The notes under the pieces were generated by a model that did not search any database, was not told the DNA's origin, and saw only the letters and a program-made list of their open reading frames with translations. This document shows positions 1 through 12,899 of a DNA stretch of 49,526 nt, piece by piece (the first letter of the stretch is position 1; each line of letters begins with the position of its first letter). The stretch is from NCBI RefSeq assembly GCF_000143415.4, contig NW_003314291.1, forward strand, positions 767,251 to 816,776, in the 5' to 3' direction. A program made the position numbers and the translations under genes. The DNA is from Selaginella moellendorffii. Its lineage: Eukaryota; Plantae; Lycopodiophyta.

Positions 1-124
1 CCCATGATCTGCCAACATTAGGTCTTAGGATTAGTATTTAAACAAATATTCTTCCATTGGTTTAGATAGAGTTTACTAAACACTTCAGCTATATACAAGT
101 GGGACAACAGTGACACTATAACTC

Positions 125-623
125 CTATCATTGTCCACTTGCAAAGTACAAAGTGGATGACTTAATATTAGTCTGTTTTCCCAATTTTATAGTACATGGT
201 TTATTTAAAAGGCTTTTTGCTCAATAAAAGGGAGTGTTAGGGCAAATTAGACTGCAAGTTTATGAGGTTTGGCATAACATCTAACAAACAAAAATTATGC
301 ATATATAATGGTTAAAATGATTTATACAAAAGGATAAGGAACAATTAACATCATTAGTAGATCTACTAATGCCTCCTCCTGATGTTCCTTTAAATCTTGG
401 CTCATCCACTAGAGAACCTTAATTGTTTTTTATCATTCCAAGAGGAAGGGATGATGTGAGGTCCAAGTGTATGGTTACAATACCATATACTAATACTAAA
501 ATAGTGGGATTTTGATAATTATTAGATTGATTTCAATTTAGACTACTCACTCTTATATATAAGTTTTTCGGATAATTGATATACACATTTCTATATTCCA
601 TTTCCATATTCCATATACTCACA
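125..623 (+). mobile_element. Decayed 3' end of a Ty3/Gypsy element (integrase C-terminus, PPT, 3' LTR 455-623), same family as the element at 23433-46812
   Basis: Inverted homology to 23433-23700 and 24900-25100 (KYKVDDLILV; caagtttatgaggtttggc; gggatgaTGTGAGgtccaagtgta). The LTR starts TGTGAG at 455 after a purine tract and ends CTCACA at 623. Confidence 0.75.
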
Positions 624-2269
624 ATTTGCATATAGTATTATAATATGTGTATATAATTATTATTTATTTAAAAATAAGTCTTTATATTTCTATGTTCTTA
701 CTTCTTACAAAAATGGTAAGGTAGATATCATATTTAAAACTTGTATAATTATTTAATTAGCTATTTTTCTCTTTTTATCTATTTGATAAAATTGTCATGC
801 TACTTTTATTGTTATTCTTGTTACCTCTTTAGCTTCATCCTAATTAATTTTAATATATATGTTCAATTGGTCTGTATAATATATGCGTTTTAGTGTTTGT
901 GCTCTTGATAATGTTATATATGTTTGTCTTGGATTTTTCTTTTTGTATGGGTTATATCCTAATTATTTCTTATTGATCCTATTTATTGTTCTTCTTACAT
1001 ATGTGGTTGTAGTGGAAATTCTGTTTTACTTATAATATGATTTTGATTTTTACTTATTTTTATTATTCTTGTCATTTTTCTTTCTGGTATCCATGTATTT
1101 TTAATTATTTCGATGTACTGTTATATGTCTGGTGTATGGAGACATCATTTTTATGTCAATATATTTTTATTGTGTAAATTGGTGCTTTTGCTTCAAATAT
1201 AGGATTTATTTGATAAAAACATGCTGATCCATCCCACCAATGTCTACTCCAAATGTTGGTTTGAAGCTTTCCCATATTCTCTTTATATCCTATGCCATAT
1301 TTCTAAGCATTTATTGTTGAAAATCTTGTTTGGTATTTTCCTAACATGTTATTTGTCAATATTATTTGACCTTTTTTTTATGTTTCTGGTCAAAATGCAA
1401 AAGCTGAATAGATTTTTGAACCATTTATATTGTAAACTACTTTTCTTGTATATTAATATTGTTTCATTATTTATATTTTTGTTTATTTTATAATATCATT
1501 TGAGTGTCTAAAAAAAACCAATCTTCTTACTGGTATCATTGTTTCTATAAGTGTATTTATAAGTATTTATTTTTGAATTACACAGATTAATTTTTCTTTT
1601 AACTAGGAGAGAAGAAACACATATTGGTTTGCCAAAGCTTCTCTAATGCAGCTGCACTGAGGGTGTAGGACCATTTAATATCCATCTATACAAGACCAAT
1701 TATGCCATCTAAGCAAAACAATTTGGCCACTAAATGCAAAGAAAGACTCCTTGGCTGACACAAATTTCCCATTACAAAGTTAGGGAAAGCTCAAACCCAT
1801 ATTTAGTGTTAATTTGGCATTGGCTGCTGCCACTTTTTTATCATTTCAAGTGTGTTGTGAGTGAATACATTGTTTATAGATCTCAAGAGGCTGAATTTTC
1901 TTGCAGTGATCTCCATATTTCTGTGGAAGAGAGCTTTATAAATCTCAATCTTATTATCTCATGGCCAGTTTTAGAGAGACCTCAAGCTTGAACAGCTTAT
2001 TTGATGAAATTGCATGATCTAGTTGATAACATATTGTCCAATAATCTTCCAAAAGTATAAATGACAATGAGGACACAGATTAATAATGTTAACATGGTAG
2101 ATGTTCTTTTGAAAAAGGGATTTCTAAAAAGGTTTTAGCATCCAAATCTAGACTTAGATCTAGACTTTGCAATGTGCAAAATGAGCGAATTACATAGGAA
2201 TTCTTATAAGTGATTAATAATGTATATCTTTAAATATTTAAGTATTTTAAATATATATTCTAAATATAC

Positions 2270-2869
2270 AATGATGTGCCGAACCCTTGGAGGTATCACT
2301 TGATTGACTAGGACTTTTACATAGGGAGATTTGCAACCCTCCACAACAAGCAGATAAATATCGGAATGGATCTGTAGGCAAGAAGCTTCTCCACTGTGCA
2401 CATGGATTTCGACATGAAATTCGTTTTGAAATCCCCACGAACGCTTCCTGCTGAGGAAATGTGCAGGGCAGTGCAGCACGAGGTTGGGGAAGATTCGTTA
2501 GAGGATACGGCAAGGCTCTTATAGTCCAGAAGAAGTTGCAATGTTCTATGGTTAATGCACTATGTTGCGGAGTATAGCTATCGCTTGATTGACCAAGACT
2601 GTTAAGTAGGGAGCTTTTACTTTAGAAAGCTGGAGGAACAGCAAGAGGATCCCGCAATGATTGATTGGGCAAACAATTGCATTAGAAAAGCGATCATCGG
2701 GTACAATCGTTGCAGAATGATCATAAGGATGCTCGAGCATCAGCCCCACAGGAGCCGTGCTTGGGGCGTGGTATGTGGCCTCGATTATCTCCACGTTTAT
2801 GCATTTCAAAGGACTCCTGATACAGGTAAAGACTCGCTACGCTTATTTAATTTAGACGGGTGTGACTAA
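2270..2869 (+). pseudogene. Pseudogene of unknown family with an internal repeat
   Basis: One reading frame continuous with ORF 2657-2869, broken by four TAG/TAA stops. Contains the repeated motif YHLID*DFYIG / YRLIDQDC*VG. Confidence 0.35.
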
Positions 2870-3464
2870 GTTGCTTCCATGGATGTTCACGGTGTCACAC
2901 TGGAATGGCAATACTTAGTATCGTGTTGCTGTGGCAATGGTCTAGGCCTCTAGATTATAAAGTTCTAGAGGAATGAAACAAAACATCTCTTAATCTCATA
3001 TAAATGTGGTGTGGACTTGTGAAACCCATCCTCACCATAAAACAAAGTTTCTTTTCACAAGCATCTGATTTACCAGCGGTGGAAAAACTATATGCCATTC
3101 TTCCAAGCAAGATTACAAGATGTCTTAGAAGAATACTTCCCCCTAGGTTCCGCAGATCTTGATTCCATGACTGGTTAAGATCACTTCCACTTTCTGATGC
3201 AGGCAGTGACGGAAAAAAAAGAGCAAGAAGTTGGTGTCGTCAAGCAATGAGGGATTTTAATTCTTCAACACGCGCGTCAGAACCATTGGTGTTGAATCGC
3301 TATAGTCATGTATAAGATGTATATCCCTTTATATTCTAGGGAAGTTTGATTGTGTACCTGTACAAGGCTTCACTATACAGTGGAAGTTTCTCAGCGAGGC
3401 CTGATTCCTCTAGGTCCTCGTTTCGAGCCTCTTTTACCGGGTGGTAGGAAACCATAGTCGACTG

Positions 3465-5523
3465 CTAACTGGTCCTCCTCCTCTAGCGTGAGCTTCCTAC
3501 CAGTCGAGTGGGATTGTTTCCCCATGTAATTCACCCAGTTCTCGGGCATAGCATCTTTGTCGGGAATGTAGCCTGCTTAAGAAAACTCGCAACTTTTTCT
3601 ATCTCGAGAAACTTAAACAGCGTACCTATCTTTGATACCCAGTTGTTTTCTTCCTGGAACAAGGAGCTGCCAAGCTTGATAGAGGATTTGCTGGCCATCA
3701 CCAGACTGGAAACATCCGACCGCTCGTGCTCCTCCTTGTCATACAATCGCTTCTCGATGACAACTCTAAAGTTTTCATCTCTTGTTCGCATCTGCAATCG
3801 ACAGGGCTTCATGTTACAATTTGGAGGAAGAAAGAAAATTTATTTGGTTCTCTACCTCAACGACGGGTTGCTTTCCCTGTAGAAGATTGTCTACGCTCTT
3901 GTCCGACTGAGAAAAGCGAAAAACAGATGGATCCAGAGATCGAAAAACATATTGTTTGTACCTGGTGTGCTATCCAGTGGCTCCGCTCTCTCATCTCAAT
4001 GAGTATTGAAAATGTCGGTGGAGCTTTCCTTTCGAGCACGGTTTTCTGCGTACCTCTTGCTCGTGCTTCGTCATCACCTAAAGTCACTGTTTGGATGCCA
4101 CCAACCTGAAAGAAAAAAAGAAGAAAAAAAGCTCGTAAGGACGACCAAGAGCAACACGCAGAAGAAAAACTATAAATGCGATTGATGTACCAAGTCAGAA
4201 AGCGTGGGATTCTTGATGATGTTCTCCAGTGTCTGCCCATGCGCAGTAGCAACCAGCATCACTCCTCTTTCGGCAATTGTCCGGCAGGCAAGAGCCTCTG
4301 CTTCCGTCCCAATCTCGTCCACGATCACAACTTGTGGCATATGGTTCTCTACGGCTTCCACCATAACTCTGTGCTGCATTGACGGATCTGGCACCTGCAT
4401 TCTTCGTGCACCACCGATGGCCGGGTGTGGCACGTCTCCGTCACCACCAATCTCATTGCTGGTGTCCACCACCACCTGATAGCATCCATCATAGCATTAG
4501 ACCATTGTCACGGACTCTCCTGGCCTCTCTGAAAATGGAAAAGCGCAAAAAAGAGGAAAAAAAGAAAGATGTCCTGGGTGTGTAAGCACCACTCTCTTGC
4601 GTAGATCATCAGCAAGGACCCGCGCAATCTCTCGGATAACAGTTGTTTTTCCAACACCGGGTCTGCAGAAACAAGTTTTGAGTGAGAGGCGAAGTTTCAC
4701 GAGAGTTCTGACCTGCCAAGGAATAGAATGCTTTTTCCACAGTCGAGGAGGTCGCGAACCATGTCAACATGTCCAGTCACAGCTCTTCCAACACGGCACG
4801 TCAAGCCGATGATCACGCCTTTACGGTTGCGAATGGCTGATATTCTGTGTAGTGTTCCCTCGATTCCTGCTCGATTATCACTTCCAAACTCCCCCACTGC
4901 AGCCTCGGCTGCTTGGAGATCATCTCTCGTTATCTGCCATGAAAAAAGAAGTATAGAAAAGTAGCTTAAGTCAGATGGATGGAAGCAAGTGGTTTACCTC
5001 ATTGTCTCGTAAGTATTCTCCACCTCTGTGTTTTAGAAAACGAGCCTCGGGACGACGTCCAAGATCCAAGACCACCTGTGATTTGATATACCATCGCTAG
5101 AAACTCTTAGCTACTGTACCAACACACACAAACCTCCAAGAGATCCCCGCGCTTGGGATGCTTCAAGAGATTTTGACGAATGCCTTCCGGAAGGATCTGC
5201 AAACAAAGAAGAAGATATGAAGCATCTTTCATGGAAGCGTGGAATTCTCTTACCTCCAAAAGAACATCCAAATCGTCCTGGACGATGATCGCGCCATCCT
5301 CCATAACTCTTTGCTCCAATGGACCAGCTTCCAACTCATCATCCTGCGAAGCCAGCGACTTCACAGCACGGAGAACTCTCCGCCGCCCTCGAAAGCTCCT
5401 CGGGAGAGACGTGACTTTGCACGAATCCAAAACTTTGGATCCATTCCTCGCGAAAGCCGACCTCTCCGACGGAACGAATGAGCGCCGGAGCCCAGCGGAG
5501 GGGCAGCAAACGCCGTAATGCAT
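3465..5523 (-). CDS. ycf45-like / SpoIIIAA-type AAA ATPase, ~10 exons, probable plastid transit peptide
   Basis: Spliced peptides [42 protein letters not shown], Walker [47 protein letters not shown] at 5523; stop TAG at 3465-3467 after an intron at ~3574-3625. Confidence 0.92.
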
Positions 5524-6043
5524 TCTCGCAAGAACTCCACCCGCCACTCCCTAGCTAAAAATCTGCAAGGATGGATGGATGGAGCATCCACCAGGAAATC
5601 TCTCCTAATCCCAATGCGGGCATCAAATACCTCGATTTGGAGGCGCTGGATCGCTAGATCACTGTTCTATCACGAAATCGCAACCTCGCCCTTGCGCGAG
5701 GGCTCCTTCCCACGAAGATGGAACTCCCGGACCTAAAGAAAGTCACACACACACACAAACATTGTCTCTTATGCCCGGGAATATCCCACCAAGGCATATC
5801 TCCAGAGATTCCATTCTCTTGTGTTATGTTAATGTTGGCCTGCAACCACGCGAGTAAATTCAACGATGGAGCTGGAGTGCAAATTCAACTTGGATCACAT
5901 CACCACCAAGAAATTTACAACGCCCACCCGGGATAGAATTAAATTACCTCTCGCTCCATGCACACAATGCACCACTGGAGCTTTTGATGGAATAAGAAAG
6001 GGAAAAATGCGAGCTAGATTTTGATTCTAGCAGCAGCGGTGGC

Positions 6044-7270
6044 ATGGGACTCGAATCGAGTGAATTTGGGTTTCTTTTGATTGTTCTGGCGATTGTTCTA
6101 GCTTCTTCACAGTCGGAAGAAGGTATATGGATGATCCTGGAGAAGAAAAAATTTCCATGCCAAGTAGTTTAGTTCTTCCTCTTCAATCATCTAACTTTCT
6201 TTATATTATTCTATCTTATTTAGTTCTTATTCTCAATTATTTCTACATTTTTTGTGTGTGGCAGGCTTTGGCTACCAAGACAATTCCCTGGGACCAGGGC
6301 AGTGGGGATGCCTTGCCACAAACTTTTCGACGTGTAGAACAGGGACCCAGCAGTCGCCCATTAACATAAAAACGCGAGATGCTATCGATGATTGCTCGCT
6401 TGGAAAGCTGAGATTCCATTTCTCCCACTCCGCAGGAACACTCACCTCTCAGAAGTACCTCTACAGAGTAAAACCTCCTCTAAATTCTGATTGCTCGTGT
6501 CAACACTTTGATCTTGTTCTATTTTATTGATCTTGCAATTATTCGTGTAGATTGGGCTGGATGGTGATGCCGAGAACACTGTGATCATTGATGGCATGGA
6601 GTTTAGGCTGGTGCAATTCCACTTCCATCACCCAAGCGAGCATTTCATTGATGGAAAAAAGTAAGCACAAAACTAGTCTGTTCCTCTTGGATTGAGAAAA
6701 AAATCCTGGCAGGTTTGAGCTTGAAGCACACCTTGTTTATCGTGCCATGGACAACTCCTCGAGGATGGCTGTTGTTGCCCAGATGTATAAGAAGGGAGAA
6801 GAAAACAGTCTACTTGCACAAGTAAGTGTTCATTGATCATGCATTCAGACATAAAATTTACATGTATAATACATATATTTCAAAACAGGTTCTTGACATG
6901 AAAAACAATGTCCGAACTTTGCTAGACTTGAGGGAGTTCAACCTGGGACAAGAATATTTCAGATACATTGGGTCTCTTACAACACCTCCATGCACCCAAG
7001 GAGTAACCTGGACCATTTTGATCAAAGTATTAGTATACTTCACACTTTTTTTCTTCTAAAGTTTCTATTATTTGGTTCAGAACAAGACTGCATCCAAGCA
7101 ACAGATCAAAGATCTGAAACAGTGCCTTGGGGTAAGCTACTTTATTTGTTTTACATCATGGTAATTCATGTTATAAATTGCAGGGAAGAAATGCAAGGCC
7201 ATTGCAGAGAACTAATCGGCGAGAGGTTTACATGTACACTTTTTACCAGAACTTCTTAGCGAAATACTAG
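6044..7270 (+). CDS. Alpha carbonic anhydrase with signal peptide, 7 exons
   Basis: Hydrophobic N-terminus; [23 protein letters not shown] (Zn ligands), [36 protein letters not shown] introns. Confidence 0.93.
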
Positions 7271-7370
7271 ATTTTTTTTAATATAATTATAATAAAATTA
7301 TAATTCATTGTTTCTATCATTTTACGATAGTTCTATAGATTCTTGAGATATTATTGACATGAGTGCAGTC

Positions 7371-8385
7371 TCAGGACTTCGCAAAATCTTTCAGAAACTT
7401 GCCGTCTTCGTATTCTTTATATCTTTCTCCATAGATGAAGCGCCGGTAGCAAACTCTGGAATGGCGACTCTTGTCCAGCAGCGAGCTCGCAGGGCCGATC
7501 TGGGCTTTCTCCGATGGCTCAAAGGTGATAGCACACGAGCAGCGTGGCTTGCACTTGTCCAAGGTCACCCTATGAGTAGTAGCTCGGTAGATTCCATTGC
7601 TCATCACCTAGAAAAAGTTTAGAGGCTCTTGAAAGAAGCTGCATCTTAACTCTAGATAGATTTACCTCCATGATCTCTCCGAAGCTCACGATGAAAGATC
7701 CAGGGAGTGGTTTCACTGTATGCCACTTGCCATCTCCTTCAAGGAGCACTTGCAAAGATGGGACTCCATCGGCAAAGAGGAGAACCAAAGTTCCAATATC
7801 TGTATGCTCTGGAACTCCATAAATCTCATCTCTCTCTTCTTCCTTCTCGTTGTTTGGATAGCTGAAAGTGCAGAAGGTTTGCTTCAATTCACCTTGGCAC
7901 AAAGTGTCTCGCAGATAGAGTGGATCTAGATCCAAGGCCATGGATAGCGCAACTATAAGTTTCTCGTAGACTTTGGTGGAGCAAACTCCCAGCTCTTCTA
8001 CCAAATCCCTGAAACAGTGATAAGAAACGTATAAAACTCTCGGAAAAGAACTATACTTGTGAGAGTCTGGCCACTTCCGTGGATCTCTCCTCGAGAGCGG
8101 CCGCAAGAACAAGTAGAGATGCTCGCGTTTGATCTTTATCCCAACGTTGGAAGGAGAAGGATTGAAGCCCTCTGTGCGGTAGCCGGAATCCGCCAAGAAC
8201 TTGCTCTTATAGTCGAGATCTTGCGCGAAGAACTCCTTTTGGTGATCCAGCACCCTCTGGAGCAGCTCCACCGGGACGCCATGGTTCACTAGGCGAACGA
8301 AGCCAAACTTGTCGTGTGCTTTGCGGATCTGCGCCGCCACAATGGTAGTGGAGCTTGAGAAATCGATAGCAGGGAGCTCCAACAT
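7371..8385 (-). CDS. 2-oxoglutarate/Fe(II)-dependent dioxygenase (DOXC type), 3 exons
   Basis: LPAIDFS, GFVRLVNHGV, HTD iron motif (PEHTDIGTL), distal His in THRV, RxS motif (RCS). Confidence 0.92.
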
Positions 8386-8481
8386 GGTGTCGATTGATCA
8401 ATTATACAAAGAGATGGAGAGAAACTTTAAAACTTTTCCTTTTGCCAGAAGGGTATCTCTTTTGTTGATTAGGACAGCGCT

Positions 8482-9715
8482 ATGGCGATGTTTGGGGAGA
8501 GGAGCTGGAGCGTTAACGCTTTCGGTGCTGGGATTGATCAAAGGCGTAGTGCTTGTGGAGCCCAAATTGCCTGGCCATCCCCAGATGATCATGGAAGCTG
8601 CTGCTCGATTCACAGGATACGGGAATCCAAGATTGTCGCTTGCCTCAGGGCTCACAGGTAGATATGTGCATTTGTCCCGATCATCTTTCCTTTTTCTTTG
8701 GAAGCTCTCCTTTCCTGAAGTATGAAAACAAAACTTTGCAGCTCAAAGCTGGCACTAGATGCTGCTCGCGCTGCATTGGATGGAGGATTGGACGTGGTGA
8801 GTCCGATCAAAGCTTCTCTCTTTGAGTGATAGAACTTTCTTTTTGTTTTCCTCCTTTACAGCTCGAAGTAACTATGACTACTCCAGGAGCTAGCAAGGTG
8901 CTCTCTTTTCCCCAAAAATTTATGTACAAACTCTAGAGCTTTCTTCTTACTGTAGGTGATCGCCACGTTGGTTCACGAGTATCCATCAGCACTTATAGGA
9001 GTAAGTCAAGTCTACTGGAAAAAACAAAGTTAAAACTCTTTGTCTTTCAGGCTGGGACTGTTTTATCTCTCGATCAAGCTGAGGAGGCCAAGGCTAGCGG
9101 AGCAACGTTTCTCCTAAGTCCCATCACCGTGAAGGTGCTACTCTTATGTTTTCGCTACAAGAATCAATCACTTTCAACTTAGAAACTCCAAACATAAAAT
9201 CGCTCAGGAGCTCGTGGAAATCCACTCGTTCGGGCCTGTGTTGTTCGTCCCAGGAGCAATGACACCAACAGAAGTACGTTCTTCGATTTTTTTCTTTGAA
9301 AAACTGGATTTTTCTTTCATTTTTGACCAGGTGTATACTGCTCATAGCTATGGAGCACACATTGTCAAGGTTCGTGTCGCAAAGAACTATTTGGTATAAA
9401 CTTTTTCTTGTTTAGATTTATCCCACAGACCTCGCTGGTGGTGTCAAGTACGTGAGATCGCTGCGAAAGTTGCTAGCTCACATCCCTATGATCGCTTCTC
9501 AAGGAATCACACTTGGTAAGTAAAACTTTTCTCGTGAGATTCTTACTTTTCTATCATTTGTAGAGATGATCCGGCCTTACTTGGATGCCGGAGCCTCGGC
9601 AGTGGTTCTCTCGGACGCAATCTTCGACTCAAGCTCACTGTCAAGCTCTTGTTTCGCGAAAATCACGCAGCAAGCCTCGGTAGCGGTGAAAGAAGCTGCA
9701 AAGAATGCGCGGTGA
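8482..9715 (+). CDS. EDA: KDPG/KHG aldolase (Entner-Doudoroff aldolase family), 9 exons
   Basis: Assembled by hand from short exons: IVACLRA, LDGGLDV|LEVTMTTPGA, IG|AGTVL, GATFLLSP, VPGAMTPTE|V, IVK|IYP (Schiff-base Lys), ASQGIT, YLDAGASAVVLSDAIF. Confidence 0.9.
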
Positions 9716-10075
9716 AAGATCTCGCGCAAAGAATCCTTGTCGAGAAAAAAATTCCATCAAAGAGCGAGCGCTCGCGAGAAGAACGTATCGCGAACTTCTG
9801 GAAAGAATTTCCGAGAAAGGAATCTCGAAGCATCTAGCGCGCTTTCCATTCACAAGCAAACAAAGACAAAAGGATGAAGAAAAGAAGTATAAAATAGAAA
9901 GTCTAGCCTAGCGGGTTTAAAGCCTGGGCTAGGGTTCTTCGAATTGACGATTCACTGAATGGTTCTTCCTCGTGAATGAATCCCTCCGGCGCCGGGATGT
10001 GTGGCGCTCCTCCATGTAAGAATCATCCTCCGCGGCGGCATTCTAATTGCGAGATTTCTCTCCTCGATCGCCGCC

Positions 10076-11295
10076 ATGGGCTACAGGAGCTGCCTATCGC
10101 TGCCGGTGGCGGTGGTGTTGATGCTGGTGGGATTTGTCTACTACACGGTGGTATTTCTAGTCCTAGATCCGTGGCTTGATCTAGCCACCGCGAATGGCCT
10201 CGCCAATGCCCTCGCCTTCACTGCTACCACTCTCATGGCGCTGGTTTCTTACGCTCTAGCGATTCTCAGGGATCCAGGGGAGATTCCTTCTTCGTATTTG
10301 CCCGACGTGGAGGACTCCCAGCAAGCTCCTCTCCAAGAAGTGAAGCGCAAGGTAGAATTTTTCTTTGTTCTTTGTTTCGCTAGTTACAATGCTAGCTCGC
10401 AGGGGGGAGATTTGCGCTACTGTCAAAAATGCAGAGTCTACAAGCCACCGCGAGCTCACCATTGCCGAGTTTGCAAGCGTTGTGTTCTCCGGATGGTAAG
10501 TTTCTTTCCATCGTTTCCTTTCCTGGTTGTGATCGAGCTTCGCTGTTCCAGGATCACCATTGTTTGTGGATCAACAACTGCGTTGGTCACAACAACTACA
10601 AGTCCTTTTTCCTGTTCGTCCTCTACATCACCTCAGCATGCATCTACTCTCTGGTATTCTCGCGTTTGATCTGTTTTCGTTCGAGTTTTCACGTTGTGGA
10701 AAGTTTAGGTGGTGCTTGGCTTTCACGCGGTTGACGAGTTTGAGAGAGCTCTAGAGGTCGTGGCAGTGGAGGATGACGCAGCGATCGTCCAGCCGGTCAA
10801 GGCATCTGTGGCTACTGCTTCTCTTCTAAAGGTGTGATTTTGGTTTCCACAGTGTTTGGTTTTCTCTCTAAACCATGTCTTTGTCCACAGATAATTTGCG
10901 GCATCGTTGTTATTCCCCTCTCCGTTGCACTATCGGGTCTCCTGGTCTGGCATATCTACCTTTCCTTACATAACAGAACCACAATTGAGGTAAAAGAACT
11001 CTCAAGAACCAGTGTTCTCATTTGATTCTTTCATAGTACTACGAAGGGGTACGTGCAAAATGGTTAGCACACACCTCCGGACCTTATAGTCATCCATACG
11101 ACCTTGGAGCTCTTTCAAACATTTTGGTAGTACGTATTTTCTTCATTCCTCTACTCGTGTCCAATCTCACAAAAGCAGCTCTACGTCCAGGTTTTGGGCC
11201 CCAAAGCGTCGTGCTGGTTTTGCCCGATGGCAGTAGGACACATTGGATCCGGCCTGCATTTCAAGACCTCTGGAAATGCCGCGGGGAAGTTATAG
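10076..11295 (+). CDS. DHHC-type protein S-acyltransferase (PAT), 7 exons
   Basis: DPG motif, CQKCRVYKPPRAHHCRVCKRCVLRM|DHHCLWINNCVGHNNYK, TTIE, HPYDLG. Stop TAG at 11293-11295. Confidence 0.94.
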
Positions 11296-12806
11296 GTACC
11301 GATTTTACACAGCCCGAGCAGTTTTACGTCCGTTGAGAAGATATTTGCAAGAAGAACGTAGCCAGCTCCATCGCCCGGGCCCAACTCAAGGATAGTTTCA
11401 GTGGCCCGCGCTCCGAGCTCAAGATCGCCGTGGCTCCGACAGGTACGAAGAATGGAAGTCAGCTCGAGAGCGTCTGGTGCAAAAGGCATACTGGAGACAA
11501 GATCGTGAGCGTCTTCCAAGTGGCCGGCACGACCGAGCATGTCCACGACGCACGTATAATGGTGCTTGGAAGGTCGTGTTTTAAAATCCAAGCTCATCGA
11601 GACGAAGCAGCGGACTCCATCGTAAACTCTCCCGGCGTGGCCGCAAGCTAGCAGGGCCAGCACAAAGCACGTCTCGTCAGGTGTAGACGTGGTTTTGATC
11701 GAGTGGAACGTCTCTATAGCTCGGTGGAAGTAGCCGCTGTGAGCAAGGCCAGCGAGCATCACGCTCCAGGCAACCAGGTCTCGCTGCTCCATCCGCTCCA
11801 GGATCTTGGTGGCCCGATCGACGAAACCATTCTGGAAGTTCGCAGCCAGGAGAACAGTCCAGGATATCAAATCTCTCGCAGGCATTGCTCCAAAGAGGCG
11901 CAGTATCTCGCGAAAGTTCTCAAAGTTGGCGGAGCCCGAGAGGATCGAGTTCCAGGCCTTCAAGTCGTGCTCCGGCATTGCCGAGAAGATTTGCTTGGCC
12001 TCTTCTAAATGCCCGTGCTGCGCGAACGAGGAAAGAAGAGTGTTCCAGGAAACTATATTTCTCTCTGGCATGACTTCGAAGACTTGCCTTGCTTCTTCCA
12101 GAGAGCTTCCGTTCAATATAACATTCCATGACACCAAATCCACGACTGGCATTGATTTGAAGAGGCTCTTCGCTTCCAAGGAATGGAAACTTTGGGTGTG
12201 AGCAGCGAGCATCACATTCCAGGAGACCAAGTTCCATTCGGGCATTCTCTCAAACAATCTCTTAGCTTTAAGAATATGCCCGCTTTGGGCATATGCTGAT
12301 AACATAGCAGTCGTGGAAACCACGTCGGAGGTGGGCATTCTGTGAAACAAGAGCTCTGCATCGTTGATTCTCCCCTCTTGCGAATACGCTGTCAGAACAA
12401 CCGTCGATGTAACCACGCTCCATTCCGGCATGGAATTGTGAAGGGCGATGACCTTGGCAGCATGCCCGTGACGGGCATATGCCGAAAGAAAGGCATTCCA
12501 AGTTACCACATTCCGGGCCGGAATCCTGTCAAAGAGTGACTCTGCCTTTCCTAGCTCGGCATTTCTCTCGAAGCAAGACAGCATGCAGTTCCACGTCTCG
12601 AGATTCTGGCAGGGTACCTCCTGGAAAAACTTCTCTGCCTCTTCCAGATGCCCGGTCTGGGCATATGCCGAAAGCATCGCGTTCCAGGACACAGCGTCTC
12701 GTTCGGGCATGGTGTCGAACAGCCACTTTGCGCGCGTGAGGTTTCCATTCTTTGCGTGAGAGACGAGCTGTGAAGTCCTGGAGAAGAGAGTGTCAGTGGA
12801 GAGCAT
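11181..12806 (-). CDS. PLS-class pentatricopeptide repeat protein with E domain, no DYW
   Basis: 541-aa intronless ORF of ~31-aa repeats (FxxMPERxxVSWNAML). L2/S2/E region HYTCVVDMLGRAGHL...YVLLANIF. Confidence 0.92.
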   Translation of the reverse strand: MLSTDTLFSRTSQLVSHAKNGNLTRAKWLFDTMPERDAVSWNAMLSAYAQTGHLEEAEKFFQEVPCQNLETWNCMLSCFERNAELGKAESLFDRIPARNVVTWNAFLSAYARHGHAAKVIALHNSMPEWSVVTSTVVLTAYSQEGRINDAELLFHRMPTSDVVSTTAMLSAYAQSGHILKAKRLFERMPEWNLVSWNVMLAAHTQSFHSLEAKSLFKSMPVVDLVSWNVILNGSSLEEARQVFEVMPERNIVSWNTLLSSFAQHGHLEEAKQIFSAMPEHDLKAWNSILSGSANFENFREILRLFGAMPARDLISWTVLLAANFQNGFVDRATKILERMEQRDLVAWSVMLAGLAHSGYFHRAIETFHSIKTTSTPDETCFVLALLACGHAGRVYDGVRCFVSMSLDFKTRPSKHHYTCVVDMLGRAGHLEDAHDLVSSMPFAPDALELTSILRTCRSHGDLELGARATETILELGPGDGAGYVLLANIFSTDVKLLGLCKIGTYNFPAAFPEVLKCRPDPMCPTAIGQNQHDALGPKTWT

Positions 12807-12899
12807 TACTTTCCCATACCTTCTTGCTTTCGATTGTGTGCTGAAATTCTTTCTTTCAGGTGTTCAAGATGATAGGTTCATATTCATTTGCGATTGGAC

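Noticed and set aside
630-2200. ORFs 1221-1493 and 1734-1991
   Set aside because: AT-rich decayed sequence with no recognisable motifs.
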